A stretch of DNA of 64,000 nt from a virus, in IMG/VR virus record IMGVR_UViG_3300027782_000047, positions 32,001-96,000 of that record. One strand, written 5' to 3'. This document shows positions 1 through 10,400 of this stretch, piece by piece. Below the pieces are notes generated by a model that searched no databases, was not told the DNA's origin, and saw only the letters and a list, made by a program, of their open reading frames with translations. The translations under genes were made by a program, and so were the position numbers. Within the stretch, counting starts at the first letter, position 1. Every line of letters starts with the position of its first letter.

Positions 1-2
1 TA

Positions 3-359
3 ACTAATGATGAGCAATTAATTTTTGAAACGGGCAAAGAGAGGGATGGATTACAATGGGCTATAATTAACAATCATTCCTTTTATAAAATTGAGACAAG
101 ATTATTTCCCGTTACTGGAGAAAAAACGGTAGACAAGATACAAATAACAGAAGAAGACTACAATAATCTTGTGGAAGAAAGTGCAAACTATACTTTATCG
201 GATGGAAATACTTTAACTATATCAATTACAAAAACCAGAATGTCTTTCTACGATTATGAAGTTGAGCAAAATGACGCTAAAAGAGATATAAAAATTCTTA
301 AGAGTGAATATGTTGCTGTAGTGGATCAAGAATTTGTTGGGGTAATTAGTAATGTCTGA
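3..359 (+). CDS. gp53: baseplate wedge subunit gp53-like, 5'-truncated by the window edge
   Basis: Frame is open from base 3. The C-terminus YDYEVEQNDAKRDIKILKSEY resembles the YEYE..NE.KR.I..L end of T4-like gp53, and it sits upstream of the hub and gp5. Confidence 0.7.
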   Translation, partial: TNDEQLIFETGKERDGLQWAIINNHSFYKIETRLFPVTGEKTVDKIQITEEDYNNLVEESANYTLSDGNTLTISITKTRMSFYDYEVEQNDAKRDIKILKSEYVAVVDQEFVGVISNV

Positions 360-1698
360 TGTAAGCATTTTACAATCAACACAATATACTGTTAAAAAAG
401 ATGGTCTATCATTAGTAACCAAAATTGGTATTATTGATTTGACTGGTATGTTTGAAGAATTGAATATCTTTGATAGTATTTTTAATCCATGCATGACAGG
501 AACTATTTTAATAAGAGATGCAAAAGGACTGTCAAACAAATTATCTTTTGATGGATCAGAAATTCTTTTGATTGAGATGGGGAAAACGGAAAATCAAGCA
601 ATAATTAAAAAATCATTTAGAGTTTATAAACAAAGTTCCAGAACAACGGTAAATATAAGCACTGAACTTTATGTTCTTCATTTTGTTTCGGACGAATTTA
701 TTTTATCCCAACAAAAGAAAATATCAAAGTCATATCGTGATACTTATGATAATATTGTTCGTGATATTCTAAAAAATTATTTGTCTGTAAATTCTCAAGG
801 AGTAGGTCTTATTGAGACAACAAAAGGAGTAAGAACTGTTGTTTTGCCCAGTAAAACTCCTTTTGAATGTTTAGATTGGTGTTCAAAAAAAGCAGTTAAC
901 GATGATTTATCACCAACATTTTTATTCTTTGAAAACAAGATAGGATATAACTTTATAACTATCTCAAATATGTTAGGACAAAAAGCGATACATGATATAA
1001 ACTATCAACCAAAAAATTTAGCATTGCCAGATACTGAAAAAAATGAAATGCTGGGGGCTAGATATCTTGAAGTTGTCTCTCAATTTGATTTGAATAAAAA
1101 TATCAAGCATGGAGTTTATGCTGGCACTTTTATTGGATTTGATATTATGTCCAGAAAAGTTGCAATAAGAAATGTAAACTTTGATGACGTTTATTCGACC
1201 GGCAAACACGCAAACAAAACTCCAAATATTGGTGTTGTTAAAAATAAAGATGGTATTAAAAATACGGAGATGTTTGATTCAAGAAAAGTTTTTTTTCCAA
1301 CAGGAATTTTTAAAGCAAAGAATGAGTATGTAAAAGAAAATGATGCGAATTCTATTGATGCGGATGATGATACATATAACTATGTGATACAAAGAGAATC
1401 TTCTATTCGCAATTTGATGAATCAAAGATTAAAAATTGTTATGCCAGGAAACTTTGATTTGATTTCTGGCACAAATGTGAACGTAACAGTTCCAACAATT
1501 AGTGAGCAATCTTCGGAAAAAAATCAAGATAACATGGATAAATCAAAAAGTGGTAAATATTTGATTGTGGCCGCAAGACAGATGATTACTTATGACAAAC
1601 ATGAAACTATTCTGGAAGTGGCCACAGATTCTTCAAACCGGGATAGAGTTTATTTGAGTACACAGCAACAAAATGATTTGGCGGATTTTTATGGATAA
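352..1698 (+). CDS. baseplate hub protein (gp27-like / phage late-control D-like fold), 448 aa
   Basis: Lies between gp53 and gp5. The IFDSIFNPCMTGTILIRD, FLFFEN and PGNFDL..G...SGKYLI...Q motifs are typical of myovirus hub proteins. Confidence 0.6.
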   Translation: MSDVSILQSTQYTVKKDGLSLVTKIGIIDLTGMFEELNIFDSIFNPCMTGTILIRDAKGLSNKLSFDGSEILLIEMGKTENQAIIKKSFRVYKQSSRTTVNISTELYVLHFVSDEFILSQQKKISKSYRDTYDNIVRDILKNYLSVNSQGVGLIETTKGVRTVVLPSKTPFECLDWCSKKAVNDDLSPTFLFFENKIGYNFITISNMLGQKAIHDINYQPKNLALPDTEKNEMLGARYLEVVSQFDLNKNIKHGVYAGTFIGFDIMSRKVAIRNVNFDDVYSTGKHANKTPNIGVVKNKDGIKNTEMFDSRKVFFPTGIFKAKNEYVKENDANSIDADDDTYNYVIQRESSIRNLMNQRLKIVMPGNFDLISGTNVNVTVPTISEQSSEKNQDNMDKSKSGKYLIVAARQMITYDKHETILEVATDSSNRDRVYLSTQQQNDLADFYG

Positions 1699-1990
1699 TA
1701 ATTTTTCTGGAAAAAATGGTTTCATTTGGTGGGTCGGCATAGTTGAAAACAGACTAGATCCATTGGCAATGGGAAGGTGTCAAGTTAGAATATTAGGTTG
1801 GCATAATACAGATAAAGCGCAACTTCCAACTGAAGGCTTGCCTTGGGCGCATCCAATGTATGCAATCAACACTTCAAAAATGTTTTCTTCTCCCAAATTA
1901 AATGATTGGATTGTTGGATTCTTCTTAGATGGTGAAACTGCACAACAACCAGTGATGATTGGTTTCTTGCCTGGAATGATATCAAAATGA
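1691..1990 (+). CDS. gp5: gp5 N-terminal OB-fold domain as a stand-alone ORF (~99 aa)
   Basis: FIWWVGIVENRLDPLAMGRCQVRILGWH...LPWAHPM...WIVGFFLDGETAQQPVMIG is the gp5 OB signature. The ATG at 1691 overlaps the upstream stop, and the ORF ends right after the OB domain. Confidence 0.85.
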   Translation: MDNNFSGKNGFIWWVGIVENRLDPLAMGRCQVRILGWHNTDKAQLPTEGLPWAHPMYAINTSKMFSSPKLNDWIVGFFLDGETAQQPVMIGFLPGMISK

Positions 1991-2220
1991 GTCAAAGTTT
2001 AATTGATTTACATATTTTGACAGCGAAGGCAGCCATATCGCATGAGAAATATATTGCTGGAATAATTACGACTGAAGAATTCTTAAAAGAAATAGAATCT
2101 ATAGATTGTCATTGTCATACTGATATTAAACTAGAAGAAGCCCATTCGGAACTTGATTGTTGCTATAGAGACATAATGGATGGAATTCTGCGACTATATC
2201 ACCAAGAGAATAAAAAATGA
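1987..2220 (+). CDS. hypothetical protein, 77 aa, Cys/His-rich
   Basis: ATGA overlaps at both ends (translational coupling). Contains CHCH and CC motifs. Confidence 0.6.
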   Translation: MSQSLIDLHILTAKAAISHEKYIAGIITTEEFLKEIESIDCHCHTDIKLEEAHSELDCCYRDIMDGILRLYHQENKK

Positions 2221-3182
2221 GCGCACAAACATTTAAACCAATCTTAGCAACCACTGTTGAAGAAGCATCGTTATCCAATTACACATTACTGTATAACACA
2301 GGAGATTTTGGAGAAGAAGGCACACCAACAACATCAATTTGGGCTATGGGAAAAATTGCAGGAACAAGCATTGATGTAACAAATAATAAGTTGGTGCATA
2401 GTTGTGATTTCTCAAATGACTTGAAAAAAAATATTGGGTTAAAGAAATTCTTAAAAGGAATTGCAAAATGGATTAGAGAAGGAATTAGATCCATTATGAG
2501 ATTGCTAGGTTTTAGTGATCCATCTGGTTCTTTTTCATCAGTTATCAATATGCTAAAGTCTGTGGCTGAGTATATTAATTATATCAATCGGGAATATATT
2601 CAACCAATTATAGAATTTGAAAAATATGTTCTTGCTGTATTGGTTAAGATCCGAGCAATCATTCAATGGATTCTTAGTTTGCCAAAAAAATATTTAGAAA
2701 TGTTGAGAGACTGTCTAAATAAATTATTATCATCTTTAGGAAGTATTTTTAGTGAAGTATGGACTGAATCTGCACCAACTAGTCCAACATGGACAGTAGG
2801 AACACAAGAATTTGAGGATGGGTCTTCTATACAAACATTTGAAGATGGTTCCCAATTAATTACCGATACTGATGGAAATGTATCTTCAATTGATGCACCA
2901 GAAGATACATATATTTCTCCATCGGATACCGGAAAAAGTTATACAGAATTGGCAGGAGCAATAAAAGACGTTGCCTCAGCGACTAAAGATGCGCTAAAAG
3001 CATCTGCTACCGTTGCAGGTTTAGCCGTAGGAATTGCAGCCTCATCAACAGTTGGTTTATTTGTACCAACCACTCAAGATGAAGTTACCAAAGCTAATGC
3101 GACAATCACATCATACACTGGCTCTGTGCCACCTGGATTACAAGTTCCAACTGCACCAAGTCAAAAATCAAAAACACCTTAA
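2217..3182 (+). CDS. hypothetical baseplate/spike-associated protein, 321 aa
   Basis: Long ORF between the two gp5 halves, with amphipathic helices, a FEDGS repeat and a hydrophobic Ala/Gly-rich segment. Confidence 0.6.
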   Translation: MSAQTFKPILATTVEEASLSNYTLLYNTGDFGEEGTPTTSIWAMGKIAGTSIDVTNNKLVHSCDFSNDLKKNIGLKKFLKGIAKWIREGIRSIMRLLGFSDPSGSFSSVINMLKSVAEYINYINREYIQPIIEFEKYVLAVLVKIRAIIQWILSLPKKYLEMLRDCLNKLLSSLGSIFSEVWTESAPTSPTWTVGTQEFEDGSSIQTFEDGSQLITDTDGNVSSIDAPEDTYISPSDTGKSYTELAGAIKDVASATKDALKASATVAGLAVGIAASSTVGLFVPTTQDEVTKANATITSYTGSVPPGLQVPTAPSQKSKTP

Positions 3183-3188
3183 AAAATT

Positions 3189-4097
3189 ATGGCAACAAAT
3201 AGCGACTATACTAAATCATATGAACAGGTGGTTGGAGCACTTAGTTCCAATCCATCAAATAATTTATTTCAAGAACCGCCATCTCCAGCATCGGTTGACA
3301 ATCCACCATTATATCCATATAATCAAACGTGGGATAGTGAGGGAGCACATTCAATCCAATTAGATGATACTCCAGGAAGAGAGCGGGTACGCATACAACA
3401 TGGAAAATCTAGAAACTTTATTGAAATGCATCCAAACGGAAATCAAGTTATAAAAGTTTTTGGTGAAGGATTTGATATTACAATCGGTAAGAAAAACATT
3501 TATGTTAGCGGTGCATGTAACATCGTTGTTAAAGGCGATTGTAATATGCAAGTGGATGGAGATTTAAATCAAGAAGTTGGCGGAGATTATAATCTTGCAG
3601 TAAAAGGAAAAATGAATGTCCTGAGTGCTGGAAATCTTTCACTTTCTGGTAATAAAGATGTTAGCATTAGTGCAAGTGAAAAATTTGGTGGTTCTTTGAG
3701 TTTGTCATCAGCACAAAGTTTGAATTTAGGATCAGATTTGTTTATTCATGGTTCAATTACTTGCGACACACTTACTGCGGAATCAAGAGTGAATGCAAAA
3801 ATGGGTGTTTTTGCTGGTCCATATGGATTCACATCTTCTCTCGGGGGATTATCATTAGGCTTGCCAACTCCATTAACACCAGTTGCAACTCCAGGATCCA
3901 TTACTACCGTTGGACCAATCACATCATTAGTGTCCGTAAATGCTCCAATAGGAAATTTCTTTGTCGGTAATATTGGATATGCAAGTATTGGTATTTCATC
4001 AGCAGTTTTCATGTTTGACACAATCAATTCTTTGATTTATAATACACACAGTCATCCAAAAGCTGGACCCGTAATAGGTAAATTTTTAAGTGCTTGA
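3189..4097 (+). CDS. gp5: gp5 C-terminal beta-helix spike protein, 302 aa
   Basis: YPYNQTWDSEGAHSIQLDDTPGRERVRIQHGKSRNFIEMHPNG followed by VxG repeats matches the post-lysozyme part of T4-like gp5. Ends in a THSH motif. Confidence 0.8.
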   Translation: MATNSDYTKSYEQVVGALSSNPSNNLFQEPPSPASVDNPPLYPYNQTWDSEGAHSIQLDDTPGRERVRIQHGKSRNFIEMHPNGNQVIKVFGEGFDITIGKKNIYVSGACNIVVKGDCNMQVDGDLNQEVGGDYNLAVKGKMNVLSAGNLSLSGNKDVSISASEKFGGSLSLSSAQSLNLGSDLFIHGSITCDTLTAESRVNAKMGVFAGPYGFTSSLGGLSLGLPTPLTPVATPGSITTVGPITSLVSVNAPIGNFFVGNIGYASIGISSAVFMFDTINSLIYNTHSHPKAGPVIGKFLSA

Positions 4098-4113
4098 TAA
4101 GGAAAAAAATACT

Positions 4114-4956
4114 ATGGCTAAATTATTTCAAAAATTAGGATACAATTATACAGACACCAGAGGTGATATACCAGATTTGTCTGTGGAAGCAAAAGAACAT
4201 TTGAATAGTGTTCCAACCATAATTACTGATTGGCAATCGGGGGATATTGCGAATAGTTCTGTTAGTGGTTACTTTAAAAATCCAACTTCGGTTTCGGTAG
4301 CTAACATTTTAAATTCTGCAAATACATTACGAGATACAATACTTACAATTACAAGTTGCACAAATGTGGGTGTACAAGATAAATTAAACATGACAGTTAA
4401 CATTCTTGAATCTAATGTATCTTCAAATTTATACAGCAATTCTGCCAATTTTGTGGCACACACAAATAGAATTTCCGGCGTTACAAATTATATAACTGAT
4501 GCTACAAATAATCCAGATGTTGCTCAAGCAAAACCGTATTACGATAATGCAATGGCTGTAGCAAAAGGATTAATGTATATAATTTATCAGACTGATGGAA
4601 TTCAAAATACTGCTCCAATTTTTGGCAGTTTTACTAGCGTTTTTATTGATCCAGAATTGTCTCAAGCAAACACAAACATCATTGCAAATACGGTAATACT
4701 ATCAACTAGCATTTCTGGCGGAGGATCTTGCAGTTTGACATTACCACAAGCTAATACAATTTATAATAATTTAGCAAATGTTATAAGTCTCATGGACACA
4801 AGAAAATTGCATGATGAAAATTTTTATACAAACAGTAGGACATTGATGGATGATTTTGCAAAAGTTCGGCAATTTTCTTCAATGGGTCAGTCTCAAACTG
4901 CTTTAATAGAAAATTATATAGGAACAGATAAACTTATTACTAGAATTACTTCATAA
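4114..4956 (+). CDS. hypothetical (probably virion) protein, ~280 aa
   Basis: AAGGA Shine-Dalgarno before ATG 4114. Asn/Thr/Ser-rich and located in the baseplate operon. Confidence 0.6.
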   Translation: MAKLFQKLGYNYTDTRGDIPDLSVEAKEHLNSVPTIITDWQSGDIANSSVSGYFKNPTSVSVANILNSANTLRDTILTITSCTNVGVQDKLNMTVNILESNVSSNLYSNSANFVAHTNRISGVTNYITDATNNPDVAQAKPYYDNAMAVAKGLMYIIYQTDGIQNTAPIFGSFTSVFIDPELSQANTNIIANTVILSTSISGGGSCSLTLPQANTIYNNLANVISLMDTRKLHDENFYTNSRTLMDDFAKVRQFSSMGQSQTALIENYIGTDKLITRITS

Positions 4957-4959
4957 ATA
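4952..4959 (+). promoter_or_regulatory. T4-type late promoter CATAAATA
   Basis: One mismatch to TATAAATA, 4 nt upstream of the gp25 ATG. Confidence 0.55.
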
Positions 4960-4963
4960 AAAG

Positions 4964-5368
4964 ATGGCCACAGTAGTAAGCGCAACAACTAGAAAATACA
5001 AAGACTTGGACTTGTCTTTCACAGCCCATCCTATAAAGAAGGATGTGAATAAGCACGTTGACGAGATGGCGGTAATCAATTCCGTTAAGAATTTGATCTC
5101 AACTTCTCGGTACGAAAGACCTTTTCAGCCTCAGTTGGGCTCCGGTGTACGCAACTTGTTATTTGAAAACATGGATTCCATTACATCTTCCGCACTAAAG
5201 CGTGAGATTATACAGACGTTGGAAAACTTTGAGCCAAGAGTTATCGTAAAAAGCGTTGCTGTTTCGCCAAATTATGAAGGCAATTCTTACAGTATCGGCA
5301 TGACATTTTTGATAGTCAATAGAACAGACCCAATAACAATAAACTTCTTCTTACAACGAGACAGATAA
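4964..5368 (+). CDS. gp25: baseplate wedge subunit gp25
   Basis: YKDLDLSF..HP, SVKNLI.T..YERPFQP.LGS, and ENFEPRV motifs. Confidence 0.92.
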   Translation: MATVVSATTRKYKDLDLSFTAHPIKKDVNKHVDEMAVINSVKNLISTSRYERPFQPQLGSGVRNLLFENMDSITSSALKREIIQTLENFEPRVIVKSVAVSPNYEGNSYSIGMTFLIVNRTDPITINFFLQRDR

Positions 5369-5369
5369 G

Positions 5370-7442
5370 ATGGCGGACCGTTTAAATGTAACCGAATTAG
5401 ATTTTGATTCAATCAAAACTAATCTTAGAAATTTCCTAAGACAACAAACCGAATTTCAAGACTATGATTTTGAAGGTTCTGGCTTAAGTGTTCTATTGGA
5501 CATTCTAGCATACAATACACATTACAATGCATATTACTTAAATATGATTGCCAACGAAGCATTCTTAGATAGTGCTTCTCTTAGAAACTCAGTTGTTTCA
5601 CATGCGAAACGAGTTGGTTATACACCACGTTCAGCTAGAGCGCCAAGAGCAATTGTTAATGTAACAATTCAAACAACAAATGCTACACCAGGTTCATTAA
5701 CTCTGCCTAGAGGTTATGCATTTTCATCTTCACAATTAGATGGCGTATCATACAAGTTTGTTACCGTAGAATCTACAACAGTTTCTAAAACAGCAAACAA
5801 TTTTGTTTTCACAAACGTGCCAATCTATCAGGGACAACTAGTTTCATACTCTTATACCAACAGCTTCTTTTCTAATCCAAAACAACTGTTTACAATACCA
5901 GATGCAAACATTGATACGACAACTTTGAGAGTTTCGGTCAAACAGTCTGCTTCAAATACAGAAACTGTGGTTTATGATTTATCTACGAATGCACTTACTG
6001 TAAATTCAACATCGGAAGTTTATTATCTACAAGAAGGTAAAAATGGTCAGTATGAAGTTTATTTCGGCGATAACATCCTAGGGAAAAAGATACCGGATGG
6101 TGGTGTAATCACTCTAGAATATTTGATTACCAGTGCGGATGCATCAAACAAAGCAAACAGTTTTGTTTCTTCCTCAACAGTTGGTGGATTTAGTTTAATT
6201 TCCGTAAATTCAATTTCTGCGGCTGCTGGTGGTGTCACCAGAGAATCAGTAGATTCAATTAAGTTTGCGGCACCTCTTGCTTTGCTATCACAAAATCGTG
6301 CTGTAACAAAGAACGACTACATCAAGTTAATTCAACAAAACTATCCAGCTTTTGAAGCAGTCAACGTATGGGGTGGAGAAGAAAATGATCCACCAGTTTT
6401 TGGTAAAGTATTCGTGTCAGCAAAGCCAAAATTGGGTTTTGAAGTTTCGGATACGGAAAAAGATTTTGTAAAAAATACCATATTGAAGCCAATCAGTATG
6501 TTGACAATTACACCAGAAATTGTTGATATTGATTACAATTATCTAAAAGTTCAATCAAACGTTTTCTATGATAAATCAAAATTGTTGTTAAATGATTCCG
6601 AATTGAAAAGTGCAATAACAAATTTAATTAAAAATTATGCTTCTACGAATTTGAATCAATTTAATACTTATTTTAGATTTTCGGGTCTTGAAACTGCGAT
6701 TGATAATTTTGATAGATCAATTGTTTCTAATGAAATAAATTTGTTTGTTGCTAAAAAATTCAGACCAGATTTAATTAATGCGGATAATTATATTTTGGAT
6801 TTTGGTTTTGAATTGGGCAGAGGAACAACAAACGATAACTTCTACTCAACACCAGATTTCACAATGACAGATGAAATTGGTGTTTCTCGTCAGTGTTTCT
6901 TTGAAGAAGTTCCATCATCGTTTTCTGGACTAGAATCAGTAACGGTAAGTAATCCAGGTTTCAATTACACATCAACACCAAAAGTTACCATTGTCGGTGA
7001 CGGTGAAGGTGCATTAGCAGTTGCTGAAATAGTGAATGGAAAATTGAACAAAATTACTGTCACAAATCCAGGCATTGGATATACCACAGCAGCCGTTCAA
7101 ATCACTGGCGGCGGTGGATCTTTAGGTGCTGGATTGGCGGTGCTTGAAGGTCGGTATGGACAAATCAGAATTTCATACTTTAAGCCAGATGAAATTAGCA
7201 GTCAAAGCACTAAAGTAATTTTAAACAAAAGCAAAAACAATGGTGTAACTGGTGTCATTGATTACACATTAGGTAAAATAACGATCAGTAATTTTAATCC
7301 AACAGCAGTTAACAACGACTTTGGCGATATCATGGTTCATATTAAGCCAAAGATTAATATCATTCAATCAAAATTAAATAAGATGCTTGTTCTGGATGCA
7401 GATGATCCTACCAGCGTTACTGTTAAGACTACTACAATTTAA
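5370..7442 (+). CDS. gp6: baseplate wedge subunit gp6
   Basis: LDFDSIKTNL, DYDFEGSGLSVLLDILAYNTHY, NEAFLDSA, QNRAVT..DY and WGGEENDPP motifs. Confidence 0.95.
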   Translation: MADRLNVTELDFDSIKTNLRNFLRQQTEFQDYDFEGSGLSVLLDILAYNTHYNAYYLNMIANEAFLDSASLRNSVVSHAKRVGYTPRSARAPRAIVNVTIQTTNATPGSLTLPRGYAFSSSQLDGVSYKFVTVESTTVSKTANNFVFTNVPIYQGQLVSYSYTNSFFSNPKQLFTIPDANIDTTTLRVSVKQSASNTETVVYDLSTNALTVNSTSEVYYLQEGKNGQYEVYFGDNILGKKIPDGGVITLEYLITSADASNKANSFVSSSTVGGFSLISVNSISAAAGGVTRESVDSIKFAAPLALLSQNRAVTKNDYIKLIQQNYPAFEAVNVWGGEENDPPVFGKVFVSAKPKLGFEVSDTEKDFVKNTILKPISMLTITPEIVDIDYNYLKVQSNVFYDKSKLLLNDSELKSAITNLIKNYASTNLNQFNTYFRFSGLETAIDNFDRSIVSNEINLFVAKKFRPDLINADNYILDFGFELGRGTTNDNFYSTPDFTMTDEIGVSRQCFFEEVPSSFSGLESVTVSNPGFNYTSTPKVTIVGDGEGALAVAEIVNGKLNKITVTNPGIGYTTAAVQITGGGGSLGAGLAVLEGRYGQIRISYFKPDEISSQSTKVILNKSKNNGVTGVIDYTLGKITISNFNPTAVNNDFGDIMVHIKPKINIIQSKLNKMLVLDADDPTSVTVKTTTI

Positions 7443-10400
7443 TGGAAAATGTTCGCACATCAAACCTGGTATCTTCACAATTACCAGATTTCGTAAGAAG
7501 TGACTATCCAAAGTTTGTTACTTTCTTAGAAAAATACTATGAGTGGCTGGAAACTACAAATAGCGTTTCCTATGAAATTGATGCATTACGTAATGCAAAT
7601 GATATTGATAATTCAGATGATTATTATATTCAGCAATTAAAGAAGGACTTGGCTCCTTATTTTCCTCAAGAAATAGTAACAGACAAAAGATTGTTTCTAA
7701 AACTAGTCACCCAATTTTATAGATCAAGTGGCACACAAGAATCTGTTAAGTTCCTTTTCAGAGCATTGTACAATGAAAATATTGAAATCTATTATCCAAA
7801 AGAAGATATTCTAAAAGCGTCTGATGGTAAATGGGTATTGCCTTTAGCACTTAGAGTTGATACTGATGACAACAATATTTTCAACATTGCAAAAACTTTA
7901 ATTACCGGCGAAACCTCAAAAGCTACAGCACTTGTTGAAAAAGTAATTCAATCAGTTGACCGACAACTCGGCATTACGTACACCGAAATTTATGTTTCAA
8001 ATGTTCAAAGATTGTTTACAACGGGCGAAAGAATAACAGCCACTTATGTTGATGAAGCTACTGATCTAAATGTTACTGTTAGTGGTCGTTTGATTGGCGC
8101 ACTATCCGAAATAAAAATTAATCCGCTAAACAGAGGTCTTTTTTATAATGGATACGATCTTGATGCCATCCCCTCTTATCCTGGAGATCCAGTCAGTATT
8201 GTTGGTGGTTTAAATCCTATTGCTAACACGCCAATTGGTGCGGTTGCTTATGTTGGAGTAACTACAAAAGGCGGCATCACGGATATCATTGTTGAAAAAG
8301 GTGGTTTTGGTTTCAGAGATCCAGCAATAAATTTAAATTCATCAATTATTGATTTTAAAGGTGGATTTGATGGTGTAGCATTTGGTACTGAAGCTAAAGC
8401 AACCATCAATTTGTTGGATACTTCAATATCAAGAAAAATAAATGTATCCAATATGGCTGTTGATACTTTAGATGGTTATTTTTCTAAAATTTCAAGAGTA
8501 CTAACTAGCGTTTCTATTGTGGGATCAAATGGTTATTTCTCAACAACAACTTCATACTCGGGAAATCTTACGGTTGGAAATGCAGTAACTTCTTATGGAA
8601 CATTGACAGGAACTGGAACAATTACCGACTATTCATCAACAACTTTAACTGGTGTTGTAATTGAAGGATCAAATGGTTATTTTTCAACCACATCATCGCC
8701 ATCAACAATTACCGTTGGTGATCCAGTTAGCATCTCAGGAACTTTAACTGGAACCGGAACAATTTATAATTATTCATCGGGAACAACATATTACATTAAG
8801 ACAAAAAATTCTAATTATTTTTCCTTATCCGAATCTATTGGTGGGGCTGCAATCACATCACTCAATGGAACAACAACAGGTTTAACTTTTCAAACAGGAA
8901 AATTATATTACGTAAAAACGCAAGCCGGTGGTCCAGGAGCAAATTTCTTTTCTTTATCAGCAACTGTTGGTGGGGCTGCAATCAGTACCACATCAGGTAC
9001 AACTACTGGTCTCACTATTACGGCAAATAAAGAAACACAAACAATTTCAAGTTTATCTACATTTGATGAATTTCCAGTTTTTCCAATTTCATTTGTTGCT
9101 GTTGATGGTTCAGGTGGTGGATATCGCCAAAAGCCATCCGTAGAAACTTATAGTTTTTATAATGAAGATTATCCTGATAGTGAGGTATGTACTGCACGAA
9201 CAATCGTAAAAGGAACATCATTAATAAACGATAGTTCGCAAAATTTAACAAATTCTTTTGAACCCGGAGATTATGTTAGACTATTCATTAAAAATAAATT
9301 TGAAGCCATTCGTGAAGTGTTGTATGTTGACACAAATAATTTATATTTTGCCGAAGCATTTCGGAATGATTTAACAAACGTATCGGTTTATAAAATTCTA
9401 AGAAACGATTTGTATAAAATTGGATCACTTGGTAGAATAACAGTTAACAATGGTGGCACTGGTTATGCTAATGGCGATATTCTAATTTTTACTGGTGGTT
9501 CTGGATATGGTGCAAATGGATATGTAAATGTTTCTTCTGGTGTAATTACTTCAGTCACCATTAACAATCATTCTTCAAATGCTTTTGTTATTGGCGGAGA
9601 AGGATATACAAGAGATTCATTGCCATCAATTAATGTTCAATCAGTTTCTGGTACAAGTGCTAATTTGACGGTTGCACAAATAACGGGTGATGGTGAACAA
9701 TACGGATTAACAACCTCGAGAATTGGTGCCATAACATCATTAAGAATTGAAAGTTTTGGTTATGATTATGTTGAGGCTCCAACAGTATCTTTAAGAAATG
9801 CAGATATAGTTTTAAGAGATGTAACCCTTGGACAATTATTTGTAGCAAATACATCAGTGTATCAAGGCACATCAAATAGTAGTTCAACATTTAGTGCAAC
9901 AGTAGATTCTTATAATCCTGGAACTACAACGCTTAGAATATTTAATTATCGTGGCGTTTTTGATGAAACTAAAACTATCAAGTCGGATGATGGAACAGTT
10001 ACTGCAAATGTAACATCATTCTTGTTCTATGGTGATGGTAACGCCAAAGCTACAGCAAAATTTGAAAACGGTTTGATTCGTTATCCTGGAATTTATTTAA
10101 ATACTGATGGACAAATTAGCGCAGACAAGAAATTACAGGACGGTGAAAAGTATCACAACTTCTCATATATTATTAAATCTCAAACGGACTATTCTAAGTT
10201 TAAGAAGCCACTAAACGATATTGTTCATCCAATTGGAACAAAAACTTTCATTACAAAAATTGATGACAATGATGAAATGATAACTGATGTTAATACGTCA
10301 ACATTTATAACGATTACTTCTCTTGCGGATACATACAATATTGCCAATGGTTCTAATAAAATTATTACTACAAACGCCAGCGCAAACCTCCAATCTACTG

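Noticed and set aside
1987-3188. Intron or homing endonuclease interrupting gp5
   Set aside because: No HNH, GIY-YIG or LAGLIDADG motifs, no non-coding space for a ribozyme core, and the ORFs are translationally coupled.
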